A stretch of 59,003 nt of DNA, from positions 1 to 59,003 of the forward strand of contig JAPLGD010000046.1 in assembly GCA_026390345.1 (NCBI GenBank), in the 5' to 3' direction. Of this stretch, positions 56,957 to 59,003 are shown piece by piece. The DNA comes from Candidatus Bipolaricaulota bacterium. GTDB taxonomy: Bacteria; Bipolaricaulota; Bipolaricaulia; UBA7950; UBA9294. The number at the start of each line of letters is the position of its first letter. The stretch's first letter is position 1. The translations under genes were made by a program, and so were the position numbers. The notes under the pieces were generated by a model. That model searched no databases, was not told the DNA's origin, and was given only the letters and a program-made list of their open reading frames with translations.

Positions 56957-58579
56957 GGCACGGTCCTCCTTGTGGGCTCGTTCGGCAGTTCGACGAAGAA
57001 GGTCGCGCCGTGACCCAGCGCGGACTCGGCGCGGATTGTGCCGCCAAGCTTCTCCGTCAGCTTCTTGACGATGGCGAGGCCGGCGCCGGTGCCTTCGAAT
57101 TCATCCGCGCGCACGAGCCCGGTTGAACAGGCCGAAGATACGATCGTGATACTTCATGTCAAAGCCGATGCCGTTGTCAGCCACGGTCACGCGGCACGTG
57201 CCGGGCAACTCCTCAGCGGCGATGGTCAGCCGCGGAGGTGTGGCCTTGCGGCTGTACTTGAGGGCGTTGTCAATCAGGTTAGCCAGCACCTGCGCCAATC
57301 CTCGTTCCCAGGTCTCGAGTGTGATCGGGGGGACGTCGACCGTCACCTCCACGCGCTGTTCGGCGATTGTCATGCTGTGGGCCTGCAGAATAGCTTCGAC
57401 CAGATGGCGCAGATTCACCTCTGTGAGCGAAGTCGTCTCGGCGTCCAGGCGCAAGTAGTGCAGCAAGTCCTCGATCAAGCGGTCGAGGTTGCGCGTGGCG
57501 GTGAGAATCTGCCCAATACAGAACTGGCCGCGTTCACCCAAGTCGGCGCGGTGCTTGCGGTCGAGTTCCTCAGAGTAGCCGGCAATGCCGCGCAACGGCG
57601 CTTTCAGGTCGTGCGACACCGTGTAGGCGAAGCTCTTGAGTTCCTCGTTTCGCGCCCGCGTGGATGCCTCCGCTTGCTGGCGAGCAGAGTTCTCAGCGGC
57701 TAGCTGCTGATTGGCAGACGTCAATTGAGCAGTGCGGTCGAGAACCCGTTGCTCCAACTCAGTGTTGAGTTTGCGGATCTCGTCCTCCGCTCGCCTGTGC
57801 TCCAACAGCCGCCACATGCCTTCCATCAGCAGGGTCAGTTGCTGGACGTCGTCCTCGTCGTAGTCCTCGGCCTTGTTGCCTACTCCAGTGACCATGACGA
57901 TTCGGGACCCCTCGAACACAGGGGCACTCATGTGACGTTTCAAGACTACATGACCCTGTGGGTGGGCCTTCTTCCGCGGATTCGCGGCTGCGTAGTCGTT
58001 GGCGATGACGGGTCGACGCTGTCGGACTGCTTCGCCCCACAGTGCGGTCGACATGATGGGGCCGACGATTGGCTTCTCGGTGGTCGCGCACTCCGCCATC
58101 GCGGACTTCGACCACGAGTGCATCGCGAGGACGCTCTCATCTTCGTTGAGGAACGCCAGGTAGCCGATCTTGCTGTTGGTCAACGCTACTGCTTCGTCCA
58201 TGGCGAAGTCGACGATCTCCTGGAGCGTCGCCCCCGCCATCTGGCTCAGCTGCTGCACGGCCTGCACGCGTTGGGAGTTCAGCGCGCGCGTCTCGTCCGC
58301 TCGCCTGACGGCAGAGAAGAGCGGTGCAATCCCTGCGATGCCCACAGCCATGAAGAGCGACAGCGCCAGGCCGATCGATTCCTGGTCTGGATCCAGCGCG
58401 AAGGACTGGCCACTGGCAAGAGATTGCCAGAGCGGAATTGCGCGCCGGAACACCATCAGGACCAGGGCCACGGTGACCAGACTCCAGGCCACGCGCCTAC
58501 TGGTACGACAAGCGAGCCGCAGGGCCAGCGCTGCCGCCACAAGCTGGACTGCGAGTGAGATCGCCAACACGAAGATCAT
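56953..58579 (-). pseudogene. TM-GAF sensor histidine kinase with a +1 frameshift in the HATPase domain
   Basis: FAYTVSHDLKAPL, NLIDNALKY, DNGIGF; one extra G (CGGG, + strand 57118-57120) shifts out LVRADEFEGTGAGLAIVKK...GATFFVELP, which would stop at 56953. Confidence 0.88.
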
Positions 58580-59003
58580 CGATCTCTCCTCTGCACGGTT
58601 TGCGCCGTTTCACTTGCCGAACGACCTGACGAATCCGGATATGACTCGACCAGCGCAGCTGTGCTGGCCCGTCTTGACTTCGCGATATCGTAAGCAGCGG
58701 CGGCCACCTTCGTCCCGGAAGGGGACCGAGGTTGACCTCGACCACGCTGGAGGAATAGCTGGGATGCGACGCTCCTCTCCCAGACGCTTGCTCTGTCGCA
58801 ACTCCGACCCTCTGAGGGCCACGGCTATCACCAGATCTTAGACGCAGTCATACTACTCCCGTATCTTCTACCAATGCAATTCCTTTGCAGACCGCAACGC
58901 TCCGCAGAGCCGGGCGAACCTTCATTCTCGTGGGCCCGCTCTCGCCAAGTGAGGCGAACGAAGGGGGTAAGTCAGGAATCCTGTAGATGCGGCAGCCGGC
59001 GCC

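Overview
High-GC bacterial chromosomal window; the gene content tentatively suggests a deep-branching lineage such as Bipolaricaulota/Acetothermia, which cannot be confirmed from sequence alone. Bases 1-34.7 kb are mostly housekeeping genes in scrambled order: cysS, pheS without pheT, fabF, an orphan atpC, deoC, era, ispE, cmk, rpsA, HU, gmk, yicC, amrB, ABC exporters and a large diguanylate cyclase. Among them is an intact, translationally coupled gatE-gatD pair, the Glu-tRNA(Gln) amidotransferase regarded as archaea-specific. The window also holds a tRNA-Gln(CTG) with the bacterial U1-A72 pair. Downstream of this tRNA lies a mosaic accessory region containing tRNA-like att scars, a ~110-bp diverged repeat pair, an IS481 remnant and internally deleted genes. 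Its main cargo is a FadR-regulated catabolic cluster: M24 peptidase, a Dpp-type transporter lacking its ATPase, a MOFRL glycerate-type kinase, an enolase homologue missing its catalytic acid, a LarA-like protein and an ornithine cyclodeaminase-family enzyme. The window ends with a frameshifted histidine kinase / response regulator / HD-GYP module. Other oddities are a leader-peptide attenuator candidate, a Cys-pentapeptide surface protein, a HutI-like protein lacking its metal ligands, and two back-to-back promoter pairs sharing a -35 element. No CRISPR array or rRNA was seen. All calls come from reading motifs by eye; no searches were run.
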